63,196 bases of DNA from a bacterium. Its GTDB lineage: Bacteria; Bacteroidota; Bacteroidia; Bacteroidales; UBA932. Positions 8,886 through 19,238 of this stretch are shown piece after piece. Both the position numbers and the translations under genes were made by a program. Under the pieces are notes generated by a model. It worked only from the letters and a program-made list of their open reading frames with translations. It had not been told where the DNA came from and did not search any database. Numbering within the stretch: the stretch's first letter is position 1; every line of letters starts with the position of its first letter. Location: contig CAVFXO010000032.1 of assembly GCA_963626825.1 (NCBI GenBank), positions 1 through 63,196 of the forward strand, in the 5' to 3' direction.

Positions 8886-9722
8886 TTATTCTGCTGCTGG
8901 AGCTTCTGCCTCTGCAGGTGCCTCTTCTTCAGCACCCTCGGCCTTGGCGCCCTTGCGTGAGCGGAGCTTGCGCTCTGCTACAGGCTTGGTAGCTACTTCC
9001 TTGGATTCTGCCTCAGCTTCCTTCTCCTTTTCGAGCTTACGCTCCTCGAGACCTTCCTGGATGGCGCCGCAAAGTGCGTTGAGTACTACCTCAATGCTCT
9101 TGGCTGCATCGTCATTTGCCGGAATCACATAATCAATAGGGGTAGGATCGCAACACGTATCAACCATTGCGAATACCGGTATGTTCAAGCGGTTAGCCTC
9201 TTTGACTGCGTTGGCTTCCTTCTGTACGTCCACTACGAAGAGGGCTGACGGAAGACGGCTCATATCCCTGATGGATCCGAGGTTCTTCTCGAGCTTTGCT
9301 CTCTGGCGGTCGATCTGAAGGCGCTCACGCTTAGCGAGTTTCTCGTAAGTTCCATCCTCCTTCATCTTGTCGATGGTAGCCATCTTCTTGATGGCCTTGC
9401 GGATGGTAGGGAAGTTGGTAAGCATACCACCGGCCCAACGCTCGGTGATAGATGGCATACCTACTGAAGCGGCCTTCTCTGAGATAATCTCCTTAGCCTG
9501 CTTCTTGGTAGCTACGAAGAGAATCTTGCGGCCTGACTTGGCCAGATCCTTCATTACTTCCGCAGCTTCGTCGATCTTTACGACTGTCTTGTGCAGGTCG
9601 ATGATATGGATACCTTTCTTCTGATCGAAGATGTAAGGTGCCATTTTAGGGTTCCACTTGCGGGCAAGATGTCCGAAGTGTGCGCCTGCATCAAGCAATT
9701 CTTGGAAATTTGTTCTTGACAT
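8886..9722 (-). CDS. rpsB: 30S ribosomal protein S2
   Basis: AGAHFGH..RKWNPKM, RWAGGMLTN and IPANDD motifs. Confidence 0.99.
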   Translation of the reverse strand: MSRTNFQELLDAGAHFGHLARKWNPKMAPYIFDQKKGIHIIDLHKTVVKIDEAAEVMKDLAKSGRKILFVATKKQAKEIISEKAASVGMPSITERWAGGMLTNFPTIRKAIKKMATIDKMKEDGTYEKLAKRERLQIDRQRAKLEKNLGSIRDMSRLPSALFVVDVQKEANAVKEANRLNIPVFAMVDTCCDPTPIDYVIPANDDAAKSIEVVLNALCGAIQEGLEERKLEKEKEAEAESKEVATKPVAERKLRSRKGAKAEGAEEEAPAEAEAPAAE

Positions 9723-9866
9723 AATTGTCTTTACTTTTTAATTTTCTCTTTACTTCAATTTTCGGGTAGTGGACTAAGCCAATCTCGAAAATTTTCCGCA
9801 GTGCGGCAACCTCCGCAATGGGGATGGTTTAAAAACCGCAACCGTGCGATAAAACAGTAATAATAA

Positions 9867-10256
9867 CTAACGTTTACTGAACTGGAAGCGTCTGCGTGCG
9901 CCTGGCTGACCAGGTTTCTTACGCTCAACCTCACGAGAATCGCGGGTGAGAAGGCCTGCGGCCTTAAGTGCAGAACGATATGCTTCCTTGTCAATCTCGC
10001 AGAGTGCGCGAGCGATGCCGAGGCGGACGGCTTCTGCCTGACCCTTGGTACCGCCACCGAAGATGGTTACCTTGGCGTCAAACTTGCCGAGGGTCTCAGT
10101 TACGCTGAAGGCCTGCATTACGATATAACGAAGAGACTCCTCTTTGAAGTAGTCTTCGAGGGGACGGTCGTTAATTGTTACATTGCCTGCGCCGGCTGAG
10201 AGATAAACGCGAGCTACAGCTGTCTTACGTCTTCCAAGGGCGTGTGTCTGTTCCAT
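9867..10256 (-). CDS. rpsI: 30S ribosomal protein S9
   Basis: [10 protein letters not shown] ... [17 protein letters not shown]. Confidence 0.99.
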   Translation of the reverse strand: MEQTHALGRRKTAVARVYLSAGAGNVTINDRPLEDYFKEESLRYIVMQAFSVTETLGKFDAKVTIFGGGTKGQAEAVRLGIARALCEIDKEAYRSALKAAGLLTRDSREVERKKPGQPGARRRFQFSKR

Positions 10257-10265
10257 TTGCTCTGT

Positions 10266-10718
10266 TTAAATTTCGTTCAACTTAATTTCTTTAGGGTTCT
10301 GTGCCTGGTGTGGGTGCTCCGGACCTGCGTAAACGTAGAGGTTGTTGATCACCTTGTCACCAAGACGTGTCTTAGGGAGCATACCCTTTACTGCCCTCCT
10401 AACGAGCTCTTCCGGTCTCTTGGCGAGGATGTCGGCAGGTGTGCAGAAGCGCTGTCCTCCCGGATATCCGGTGTAGCGCACATACACACGATTGGTCATC
10501 TTCTTGCCCTTGAGAGCCACCTTCTCGGCGTTGATGACGATGACGTTGTCACCGCAGTCAACGTTAGGGGTGAATCCAGGCTTGTTCTTGCCGCGGAGGA
10601 CAAGAGCAACCCTTGATGCAAGACGACCAAGTGCGAGATCTGTCGCGTCAATGACCAGCCACTTCTTGTCAACGGTAGCCTTGTTCAGGGATACTGTCTT
10701 GTAGCTAAGTGTGTCCAT
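10266..10718 (-). CDS. rplM: 50S ribosomal protein L13
   Basis: LGRLAS, FTPNVDCGD and GMLPK motifs. Confidence 0.99.
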   Translation of the reverse strand: MDTLSYKTVSLNKATVDKKWLVIDATDLALGRLASRVALVLRGKNKPGFTPNVDCGDNVIVINAEKVALKGKKMTNRVYVRYTGYPGGQRFCTPADILAKRPEELVRRAVKGMLPKTRLGDKVINNLYVYAGPEHPHQAQNPKEIKLNEI

Positions 10719-10784
10719 TGTCTTGATACTTTAATGATTGATACTTTAATAAAAAAATTGCGATCCCTCCTTTCAAAGGGGTCG

Positions 10785-10815
10785 CAAAGATAAACATTTA
10801 TTCTGAATTAACAAA
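10785..10815 (-). promoter_or_regulatory. rplM operon promoter
   Basis: Minus strand TTTG (10815-10812), 19 nt, TATCTTTG (10792-10785). Confidence 0.8.
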
Positions 10816-10821
10816 AACTTT

Positions 10822-11391
10822 CTACACGGCCAGGATGTCTTTCTCCTTGGCGGCCACCAGTTCGTCCACTTCCTTCACTTTCTTGTCGGTGAGTTTCTGA
10901 ACCTCCTCCTCGCCCTCTTTCTGGGCGTCTTCGCTGAGGCCTTCGTTCTTCACCGCCTTCTTGAGCGCGTCCACCGCGTCGCGGCGCACGTTGCGGATGA
11001 CGATCTTCGCGTTCTCACCTTCGCTCTTCGCGTTCTTGCAGAGCTCCTTGCGCCTTTCCTCGGTCAGTGCCGGCACGGTGCAGCGGATGGTCTCGCCGTT
11101 GTTTGAAGGGGTCAGGCCAATATTGGCATCGATGATAGCCTTCTCGATAGCCGGAATGAGGGAGCGCTCCCACGGCTGTATGGCCAGGGTCTTGGCGTCC
11201 GGTGCGGTAACAGAACCTACCTGAGGGATAGGAGTGGGCGTGCCGTAATAGTTTACAAGCACCTTGTTGAATACCTGCGGATTGGCCTTTCCTACCCTGT
11301 AGTTCTTAAGACTTTCTTCGAGGAAAGTAACAGCGTCCGTCATCTTGGAGCCGGCGGTATTGATTACCTGTTTTGCGTTTTCTGTCAGCAT
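10822..11391 (-). CDS. frr: Ribosome recycling factor
   Basis: RVGKANP, YYGTPTP, LTEERRKEL and IRNVRRD motifs. Confidence 0.98.
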   Translation of the reverse strand: MLTENAKQVINTAGSKMTDAVTFLEESLKNYRVGKANPQVFNKVLVNYYGTPTPIPQVGSVTAPDAKTLAIQPWERSLIPAIEKAIIDANIGLTPSNNGETIRCTVPALTEERRKELCKNAKSEGENAKIVIRNVRRDAVDALKKAVKNEGLSEDAQKEGEEEVQKLTDKKVKEVDELVAAKEKDILAV

Positions 11392-11406
11392 ATCTTCAAT
11401 TATTGG

Positions 11407-12105
11407 TTAAGCGTGTACTGTTGTTCCTATCTTCTCGCCTTCGAGAAGTCTTCCGAGAGCGCCCGGTTCGTCAATGTTGAACACCACGATAGGGACATCG
11501 CCCTGCTCGCAGAGTGCGAATGCGGTGGCGTCCATAACCTTGAGGTGGTCGGCGAGGGCCTTGTCGAAAGTCAGCTGGTCATACTTGACTGCGGTCGGGT
11601 CCTTCTCCGGATCTGCCGTATAGACTCCGTCCACGCGCGTGCCCTTGAGAAGGGCGTCGGCCTTGAGCTCGAGTGCGCGGAGGGCTGCGCCGCTGTCCGT
11701 GGTGAAGAACGGGTTACCGGTTCCGCCAGCTATGAGGGCCACTCCCCCCTCCTCCATAAGCTTGAGGGCGGCGTCACGCACGTAATAACGGGCGATCGGC
11801 TCCATAGGCGTGGCGGTGAAGACCTCGGCCTTCACTCCGAAGGAGCGGATGAATTGGCACAGGGCCATAGAATTGATGACCGTGGCGAGCATTCCCATCT
11901 TGTCTCCGTCCACACGGTCAAATCCCTTGCCCGTACCCTGGAGCCCGCGGAAGATATTCCCTCCGCCGTTCACGATGGCTATCTGGTGTCCGGCGCGGAC
12001 CGCCTCGGCCACCTGCTGTGCATATCTGGCGATGCAGCCTTCGTCAAGACCCTTCCCGGAAGGTCCGCCGAGGCTCTCGCCGCTCAATTTTAAAAGAACT
12101 CTCAT
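11407..12105 (-). CDS. pyrH: Uridylate kinase
   Basis: RVLLKLSGE, GGGNIFRG and GTGNPFFTTD motifs. Start trimmed to ATG 12105. Confidence 0.97.
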   Translation of the reverse strand: MRVLLKLSGESLGGPSGKGLDEGCIARYAQQVAEAVRAGHQIAIVNGGGNIFRGLQGTGKGFDRVDGDKMGMLATVINSMALCQFIRSFGVKAEVFTATPMEPIARYYVRDAALKLMEEGGVALIAGGTGNPFFTTDSGAALRALELKADALLKGTRVDGVYTADPEKDPTAVKYDQLTFDKALADHLKVMDATAFALCEQGDVPIVVFNIDEPGALGRLLEGEKIGTTVHA

Positions 12106-12274
12106 AATATGCAAAAGTAAGCAAATTCGGCCAATAATTGCACATCTCTTTCGTTTTACGGCCCAACATCCTGAAAAAGTCAAAATTGCAACTTTGATAG
12201 GGCAGGATTGAAACTTCGCGATATTTGAATTATATTTGTACGCTTTATTCGGAAATAATAAAAGAAACAAAGAT

Positions 12275-13009
12275 ATGTTCATGCTCAATTCATCTATCGG
12301 CAAGAAATTCGTGCAGGCCATAAGCGGCGCGTTCCTTATCATCTTCTTGCTCCTTCACGCGACCATAAACTTCTTCTCCGTAATCGATTCATTCACCGGG
12401 AAGTATGGCGTATGCGCCGCAGATGACAAACTTTTCTCTGCCGGAGACGGACTTTTCAAACTGGGCTGCGACTTCATGTCCACCCCGGTCATCGACATTA
12501 TGGTGCCTGTCCTCGCGCTCGGATTCCTCATCCACATCGCCTGGGGATGCTGGCTCAGCGCCAAGAACGTATCCGCTCGCGGAGGATTCAAACGCTATGC
12601 AGTAAAGTCAAAGGCCGCTGCCGATTCCTGGTCAGCGAAGAATATGTTCGTGCTCGGAATCGTAATCCTCGGATTCATCGCATTCCACCTTACACATTTC
12701 TGGGCCAAGATGCAGCTTCCTGAGATGTTCGGCATCGGAGTAGCAGAGGACAATCCTTACATTCTTCTCAGCCTCACATTCAGCAAATGGTGGGTATTGG
12801 CACTCTACATCGTGTGGTTCATAGCTCTCTGGTTCCATCTCTGCCACGGCTTCTGGAGCATGTTCCAGACCATAGGATGGAACAACTCCATCTGGTTCAA
12901 GAGACTTAAAGTCATCGGCTGCATCGTAGCCACCATTATAGTATTGGCACTCATCTCTGTAGCCGTCAATGCAGCCATTCAGGCTCCGGGGATCCTGGCT
13001 TCAATTTAA
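12275..13009 (+). CDS. sdhC: Succinate dehydrogenase/fumarate reductase cytochrome b subunit
   Basis: SSIGKKFVQAISG..LLLH, IHI, FHL.HFW and HL.HGFWS heme-ligand pattern; TATATTTG promoter at 12231-12238. Confidence 0.88.
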   Translation: MFMLNSSIGKKFVQAISGAFLIIFLLLHATINFFSVIDSFTGKYGVCAADDKLFSAGDGLFKLGCDFMSTPVIDIMVPVLALGFLIHIAWGCWLSAKNVSARGGFKRYAVKSKAAADSWSAKNMFVLGIVILGFIAFHLTHFWAKMQLPEMFGIGVAEDNPYILLSLTFSKWWVLALYIVWFIALWFHLCHGFWSMFQTIGWNNSIWFKRLKVIGCIVATIIVLALISVAVNAAIQAPGILASI

Positions 13010-13021
13010 TCCCTGCTTCCG

Positions 13022-14020
13022 ATGAAGATCGGAGACATCGATCTGGGTAGCCGCCCTCTGTTATTGGCACCTATGGAAGATGTGACAGACGCATCGTTCC
13101 GTATTCTGTGCAGAGAACAGGGGGCGGCAGCCGTATATACCGAGTTCGTGCCAAGTGACGGGCTCATCCGTGATGCGGACAAGGCGATAGCCAAGATGCG
13201 CACGCTGGACGAAGAATCCCCTGTCGGGATACAGATCTACGGGCACATCCCCGAATCTATGGTGGAGGCTGCCAAGATGGCCGATCACGCCGCCGAGATA
13301 GCCGGAGGGCACGGCGCAGACATTATTGACATTAATTTCGGTTGCCCGGTCACCAAGATCGCAGGCCGCGGAGCCGGTTCAGGGATGATGCGCGATCCAG
13401 ACAAGCTGGTGGCGATCACGAAAGCCGTGGTAGAAGCGGTGAACAAGCCTGTCACCGTCAAGACCCGTTTGGGCTGGGATGACAATTCGAAGATTATAGT
13501 AGAATTGGCAGAAAGACTGCAGGACGTGGGCATCAAGGCTCTGACGATTCACGGGCGCACGCGATGCCAATTGTACAAGGGCGATGCGGACTGGACGCTG
13601 ATCGGAGCGGTGAAGAACAATCCGCGAATGCACATCCCGATTATCGGAAACGGCGATATCACCGACGCGCACAAGGCCAAGGAAGCATTTGACCGATACG
13701 GGGTGGACGGCATAATGATAGGCCGTGCGACATTCGGACATCCGTGGATATTTAAAGAGATCCGACATTATCTGGACACCGGTGAGGAACTGCCGGAACT
13801 CGGAGTGGCTGAAAGGGTGGATCTGGCGAAAAGGCACCTGGGGCTGTCATTGGCCCTGAAGGGAGAGCCGCGCGGCATCTTCGAGATGAGACGGCACCTG
13901 TCGTGCTACTTCAAGGGACTGCCGGACTTCAAGGATACCCGCATCAGGATGGTTACCACGCTGGATGCCAATGAATTATATTCTATTCTGGACGAGATAA
14001 AGGAAAAATATGCTGTATAG
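13022..14020 (+). CDS. dusB: tRNA-dihydrouridine synthase B
   Basis: LAPMEDVT, IDINFGCP, IHGRT and GNGDI motifs. Confidence 0.95.
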   Translation: MKIGDIDLGSRPLLLAPMEDVTDASFRILCREQGAAAVYTEFVPSDGLIRDADKAIAKMRTLDEESPVGIQIYGHIPESMVEAAKMADHAAEIAGGHGADIIDINFGCPVTKIAGRGAGSGMMRDPDKLVAITKAVVEAVNKPVTVKTRLGWDDNSKIIVELAERLQDVGIKALTIHGRTRCQLYKGDADWTLIGAVKNNPRMHIPIIGNGDITDAHKAKEAFDRYGVDGIMIGRATFGHPWIFKEIRHYLDTGEELPELGVAERVDLAKRHLGLSLALKGEPRGIFEMRRHLSCYFKGLPDFKDTRIRMVTTLDANELYSILDEIKEKYAV

Positions 14021-15047
14021 ACTCGCTCTCAAGCTGCGCCATCGCGCCTTCAACAAGGGCCGCAAGAAAAGTTTTCCTTCGGCCATACCTTCCGTATGCA
14101 TAGGAAACGTGACCGTGGGAGGGACGGGCAAAACCCCTCATACCGAGATGCTTCTGCGTATGCTCGAGGGGCAGGATGGCGTGTGCGTGCTTTCGCGCGG
14201 ATACGGCAGACACACCAAGGGCTTCCTAAAAGTGGACCCGGCCGGTTCGTCAGCCTCGTTCGGGGATGAACCGCTTCAGATAGCGCGCAAATTCCCGTCG
14301 CGGATTGTGGCGGTGGATGCTAACAGGGTGGAAGGATGCGAAAAACTTAAGGAACTGGGGCAGAGGCTGGTCATCCTGGACGATGCCTTCCAGCACCGCA
14401 GGCTCAAGGCGGATCTTAACATCGTGCTGGTCAACTACAGCAGACCCGTTTTCGACGACAAACTTCTTCCGTTCGGGCGGCTTCGCGACCTGCCGGAAAG
14501 AATTTTCAAGGCAGACATAATCATAGTCACCAAGTGCCCGGAGGACATCACGCCGGAGGAAAAGGCGGCATTTGCGCTCAAGTTGCGCCTTAAAGACTAT
14601 TCTTCCGAGGAATGTTGCGCCGTGAACCCATCGGGGCAGCGTCAGACGGTACTATTCTCAAGCATAGGATATCTTCCTCCGCAGATGGTGTTCCCGGAGG
14701 GGGATCATAGATATACTTATTCTCAGAAAGTTATGTATATGAGTGGCATCGCGCACGACCGCAGACTTCAGGATCATCTGCGCGGGCAGTATCATATACT
14801 CAAGGATTTCGAGTTCGCGGACCATCACGATTTCTCGCGTAGGGAATTGGCCCGCATAGAGAAGGAACTGCGTAAGGCCAAGGCCTGCCCGCTGGTCACG
14901 ACGGAAAAGGATGCACAGAGGCTCCTGTCGCTCGGATATGTGTCCGACTATCTGAAAGAGCGCACCTTTATGGTTCCGATTCAGGCGCGCCTCACCACCG
15001 CCGAAGAAGAAGCCCTACTCCTGCGTAGGCTCGAAGAACTGGGTTAA
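14010..15047 (+). CDS. lpxK: Tetraacyldisaccharide 4'-kinase
   Basis: GNVTVGGTGKTP, SRGYG, GDEP, LDDAFQH and TTEKD motifs. Confidence 0.96.
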   Translation: MLYRLALKLRHRAFNKGRKKSFPSAIPSVCIGNVTVGGTGKTPHTEMLLRMLEGQDGVCVLSRGYGRHTKGFLKVDPAGSSASFGDEPLQIARKFPSRIVAVDANRVEGCEKLKELGQRLVILDDAFQHRRLKADLNIVLVNYSRPVFDDKLLPFGRLRDLPERIFKADIIIVTKCPEDITPEEKAAFALKLRLKDYSSEECCAVNPSGQRQTVLFSSIGYLPPQMVFPEGDHRYTYSQKVMYMSGIAHDRRLQDHLRGQYHILKDFEFADHHDFSRRELARIEKELRKAKACPLVTTEKDAQRLLSLGYVSDYLKERTFMVPIQARLTTAEEEALLLRRLEELG

Positions 15048-15482
15048 GCCGGTGTCGAGGCGGACGATGTCCTTCGTGCGGCCCTCGATGGCGTAGCCGT
15101 TGAATGTTTTTTTGAAAGTAATGGCGTCTTCCCACATCCTGGAGATGCGGTCCAACGTGGAGGCCCTTCTGTACACCAGGTCCTCACCGTTCTTTTTCAC
15201 CAGAACATAGCGGCGGGTATGCATAAACTCGTCGAGCTTTGGCTCTATCTCTTCGCTGCTGCCAAGTATGCGGACATCCGCGGTGTTGAATCCGATACGC
15301 GGATAAACAGCCGCGAACACTGCCACGATACCGAGCATCTGTGGGATAGAAGCCGCTCCGTGAACGAACATCTGATTGATATCCTTAGGAATAAATCCCG
15401 CTACAGCCAGAATCACCACAAAAATCGTAAGCAGGATGGTCAAATACACGAAGTATTTAAGAGCGCGAATGATATATTTCAT
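15015..15482 (-). CDS. Hypothetical membrane protein
   Basis: Two N-terminal TM segments and a soluble domain; divergent from 15584. Confidence 0.75.
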   Translation of the reverse strand: MKYIIRALKYFVYLTILLTIFVVILAVAGFIPKDINQMFVHGAASIPQMLGIVAVFAAVYPRIGFNTADVRILGSSEEIEPKLDEFMHTRRYVLVKKNGEDLVYRRASTLDRISRMWEDAITFKKTFNGYAIEGRTKDIVRLDTGLTQFFEPTQE

Positions 15483-15583
15483 AATATTCAGTTTTTATCT
15501 GTTAGACAAGACAAATTTATGCCTTTTTCGCACAATATTTGTACCTTTGCCACCGATTATTAACTTTTTAAACACATTTAATT

Positions 15584-16489
15584 ATGCCAAACGAAGATCC
15601 TATTGCAAGAATTGAGCGTGAGAGGGCCGAGAAGAAAGGGTCCAAAACGACAGTAACCATTTTAGGCGTTTTAACAGGCGTGCTTGCTTGCGTATTGGCA
15701 GTAGTTGCCATTAAAGACTATAAGATGGTCAAGGAACTGGAAGCTGATAAAGCCGATCTGGAGCAGCGCATCACAGTTCTGAAAACAGATTTCGATAATC
15801 TCCAATCCGATTACGACTACATCAACACCCAGCTGGATTCATCCCGCGAGGAAGTCAATATCCTGGTGGATCGCATCAAGAAAACCGAGGCGACCAACCG
15901 TAAGAAGATGAGACAATACGAGAAAGAACTCGGAACTCTCCGCAGCATTATGAAGAGCTATGTAGTTCAGATCGACTCACTTAACACCGCTAACAAGAGA
16001 CTCGCCGAGGAACTCTCGACTTCACGTCAGGAACTGGCCAAGGCCACAGGCGAGAACAAAGCCCTCAATGCAAGAGTCGAGAACCTCTCTTCAAAGGTCG
16101 CTACCGGAGCTATTGTGAAGGCCAGAGGTCTGTCTGCCAAGGCTTTCAACTCTTCTGGCAAAGTCACCGACCGCAGCAGCAGAGTGAAAAGACTCGCCGT
16201 ATCACTCTCACTCGTAGAGAACGAATTGGCCAAGAAAGGCCCTATGGACGTATATGTAAGAGTCAAGGATCCTGAAGGAAACCTGCTTCTCGACGGCGAA
16301 GGCGCTTCGTTCAAGCTTAACGGCGAGGCTGTGGCAGCCAGCGCATCACGTCAGGTAGACTACCAGGGTGCAGAGGTGGATATGATCATCTACGTGAACA
16401 ACGTAGCGGAATACACGAAGGGTATCTATACCATAGACGTTTACACTGACAAGGCTCAGCTTGGTTCTCTGGAACTTCTGCTCAGGTAA
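15584..16489 (+). CDS. Membrane-anchored coiled-coil protein, function unknown
   Basis: One TM segment, a long heptad region and a beta-rich C-terminal domain; TACCTTTG promoter at 15542-15549. Confidence 0.8.
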   Translation: MPNEDPIARIERERAEKKGSKTTVTILGVLTGVLACVLAVVAIKDYKMVKELEADKADLEQRITVLKTDFDNLQSDYDYINTQLDSSREEVNILVDRIKKTEATNRKKMRQYEKELGTLRSIMKSYVVQIDSLNTANKRLAEELSTSRQELAKATGENKALNARVENLSSKVATGAIVKARGLSAKAFNSSGKVTDRSSRVKRLAVSLSLVENELAKKGPMDVYVRVKDPEGNLLLDGEGASFKLNGEAVAASASRQVDYQGAEVDMIIYVNNVAEYTKGIYTIDVYTDKAQLGSLELLLR

Positions 16490-17508
16490 TGATCTACATC
16501 CACGTTCCTTTCTGTAAAAGTTTCTGCATCTACTGTGATTTTTATTCCGAGATTTCGTGTCGGGATGAATCCAGAAAGAAAAGCTATACGGAAGACCTGC
16601 TGAAAGAAATTTCATTCAGAAAAGAACAGATTCTTTCCACAAAGAAAGTCAATACTTTATATATAGGGGGAGGCACACCGTCGGTTATGCCTCTTCCTTT
16701 TTTTGATTCAGTCCTGAAAGCCCTGCCGCTAAGCGGATTCGAAGAATTCACCGTGGAGGTCAATCCCGATGACATAGTCCGCGAAGGACTCCCCTATGCC
16801 CGCGGACTGCGGAACCTGGGCGTGAACCGCATCAGTATGGGCGTGCAGTCCCTGGATAACGAGCTGCTCAAATGGATGGGGCGAAGACACGATGCCGCCA
16901 CTGCCCGGAAGGCCTTCGAAATTCTTCGTGAGGCAGGATTCGAGAACATCAGCCTCGATGTCATCTTCGGAATCAACGGCCTTACCGACAACACCTTACG
17001 CGAGACTTTGAGCAAAATCATCGCACTGGGCCCGGAACACATCTCCGCCTACCAGCTGTCCATAGAAGACGGCACCAGGCTTTCCGACCTGGAGAAAACA
17101 GGCCAATACACCGCTCTATCCGATGATGCCTGCGCAGGCCAATACGCTCTCATCTGCTCCGCTCTTCGCGAGGCCGGATACGAGCATTACGAGATCTCGA
17201 ACTGGGCCAGACCGGGCTACCGCGCCAGACACAACAGTGCATACTGGGACAGAAGCCCCTACGTGGGACTGGGCCCTGGAGCACATTCATTTCTTATATC
17301 CGAAAACAGGCAGATCCGTTCGTGGAACAGCCAGCAACAGTCAGGCTGGACATCGGAAAGCGAAACACTCTCCGCTCAGGAGATCTGCGAAGAGACCATT
17401 ATGCTGGGACTTCGCCGCAGGGAAGGAGTGGACATTGACGGACGACACCTGTCCATCCCGGAGGACAAATGGTTCATCTCCGACAGTATTATAGAGGATC
17501 TTATCTAA
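16489..17508 (+). CDS. hemW: Radical SAM heme chaperone (HemW/HemN-like)
   Basis: YIHVPFCKSFCIYCDF, GGGTPS, YEISNW, HNSAYW and GLGPGAHS motifs. Confidence 0.9.
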   Translation: MIYIHVPFCKSFCIYCDFYSEISCRDESRKKSYTEDLLKEISFRKEQILSTKKVNTLYIGGGTPSVMPLPFFDSVLKALPLSGFEEFTVEVNPDDIVREGLPYARGLRNLGVNRISMGVQSLDNELLKWMGRRHDAATARKAFEILREAGFENISLDVIFGINGLTDNTLRETLSKIIALGPEHISAYQLSIEDGTRLSDLEKTGQYTALSDDACAGQYALICSALREAGYEHYEISNWARPGYRARHNSAYWDRSPYVGLGPGAHSFLISENRQIRSWNSQQQSGWTSESETLSAQEICEETIMLGLRRREGVDIDGRHLSIPEDKWFISDSIIEDLI

Positions 17509-19238
17509 AGGATCTGCTCCAGAACCGCCATCTCGCAATTCCGACAATCGAAAACCAGAGGGAATTTCCTGCCGTTATTTACCAGAAACAGTCTTCCGGA
17601 CTTGCCGCCGGACTTCAGGCACTCTCCTATCTGCCTTCTGATACAGTATTTTGACCGCATCACTTCGCCTTCGCGCCGACCTACCTGATAATCAATCTGT
17701 TCCCTTGACTGAGGATTAAGCATTGGCAGAGTACCACACGGATTGCCGTCCAGAGCCTCGGCGAGATCCCTTCGCACGGAATTGAGCGCTGCGGCGCTTA
17801 AATGAGCAAGGTCACCATCCTGTTCCACAAAAGTAAACGCATACACGGAGCTGTGCTTTTCTATCTGGTTCCTGTACAGGGCCAATTCCCGCTCGGGGTT
17901 TCTGGAAGCCTCCAGGCCCGTCAGGCGCACCTCGGCCGTTCTGCCGTCTTCGCTTCGCGCGGAGAACGCTATATCCAGAAGGCCATCTTCACGGCACGCA
18001 GAACTAAAGCTGACCTCCACGCCAATGAACCTGCGGCAAGGATTCTCGTCCAGATACGACTCAAACGCCCTGTCCAGATTACGATACAGTACCGTGCCGG
18101 CCTTCAAGCCCTGCGGAAGTCTACAGGTAATGTACCCCGGCCGGCAGACATCCCCACGGAATCCTATAATCTCGCTTCCGGATACAAAAGCAAAACCGTC
18201 ACCGTTACTGAGAGCAGTGCGCGAATCCGACAAAATCACCTCTGCCTGACCACGTCCGAGTGGTCTTACATCACGGACCGTCCCCAACTTCTGCCCCATC
18301 GACTTCGGCGCTTCGAAATTGGCCCAGTCATCACTACGGGCATCCAGAAGAAGACGCGTATAAGAGCGGTTGAAGGTCTTGTCCAGCGAAGGGGTGAATC
18401 CTGACTCCACGCGTCCGTAAGAAGCACGGCGGTATCTGTCCGGATATTGTGCTACGACACGGTCAAGAGCGAGCGAATAGGCTCTGGTGACGTTGCGAAC
18501 ATAAGAGATATTCTTTAGGCGGCCTTCGATCTTTAGAGAAGTGACCCCGGCGTCCAGCAGATCCGTCAGGTCGCCGAGCAGGTTCAGGTCTTTTAGAGAA
18601 AGCAGGGCCTTGTTTTTCTGCCAGACACGGCCCGTCTCATCCATCAGGTCATAAAGGTTACGACAGGCCTGGATGCACTCGCCTCGGTCGGCACTGCGGC
18701 CCGTAAGACGCTCTGAGAGAATGCATTGGCCCGAATATCCCACACAGAGGGCACCGTGTACGAAGGCCTCTACCTCGCACTGCACGGACGAGCAGATCTC
18801 CCGAATACGGGGAAGGTCCAATTGGCGCTCAAGCACCACCCTACCACATCCGGCACGAACAAAATCCTGAGCACGTTCAGGAGTACGAATAGAGCACTGC
18901 GTGGATGCGTGAAGCGGGACGGTTATGTCTTCGAAAAGACAAAGTCGCGGATCGCGGATTATGAAAGCCGAAGCTCCCGCCTGCTGACATTCAAGCATCT
19001 GGGAATGAACCTCGGGGAGCTCGTCGTCGCGAAGAAGAATGTTAAAGGTTACGAACACTCTCGCACCATAGCGGGAAGCGTAGGAACAGAGACGGGCGAT
19101 CTCGCTGACGGGATTCCCGGCGTCCTTACGCGCACCGAACTGCGGCCCTGCGATATATACGGCATCGGCACCGCAGTCTATAGCCGCGATGCCGATATCA
19201 GCGTTTCTCGCAGGAGCGAGAAGTTCAATGGATCTCAT
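17505..19238 (-). CDS. Peptidase U32 family protein (RlhA-like, long form)
   Basis: ELLAPA, HASTQ, HGALCVGYSGQC, RGECIQACR and KIEGR motifs. Confidence 0.88.
   Translation of the reverse strand: MRSIELLAPARNADIGIAAIDCGADAVYIAGPQFGARKDAGNPVSEIARLCSYASRYGARVFVTFNILLRDDELPEVHSQMLECQQAGASAFIIRDPRLCLFEDITVPLHASTQCSIRTPERAQDFVRAGCGRVVLERQLDLPRIREICSSVQCEVEAFVHGALCVGYSGQCILSERLTGRSADRGECIQACRNLYDLMDETGRVWQKNKALLSLKDLNLLGDLTDLLDAGVTSLKIEGRLKNISYVRNVTRAYSLALDRVVAQYPDRYRRASYGRVESGFTPSLDKTFNRSYTRLLLDARSDDWANFEAPKSMGQKLGTVRDVRPLGRGQAEVILSDSRTALSNGDGFAFVSGSEIIGFRGDVCRPGYITCRLPQGLKAGTVLYRNLDRAFESYLDENPCRRFIGVEVSFSSACREDGLLDIAFSARSEDGRTAEVRLTGLEASRNPERELALYRNQIEKHSSVYAFTFVEQDGDLAHLSAAALNSVRRDLAEALDGNPCGTLPMLNPQSREQIDYQVGRREGEVMRSKYCIRRQIGECLKSGGKSGRLFLVNNGRKFPLVFDCRNCEMAVLEQIL

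Noticed and set aside
12106..12342. N-terminal extensions given by the ORF track (pyrH; likewise PPIase, Nif3, rhaB and 37748-38308)
   Set aside because: They cross promoters or neighbouring genes, and family similarity starts at the downstream ATG.
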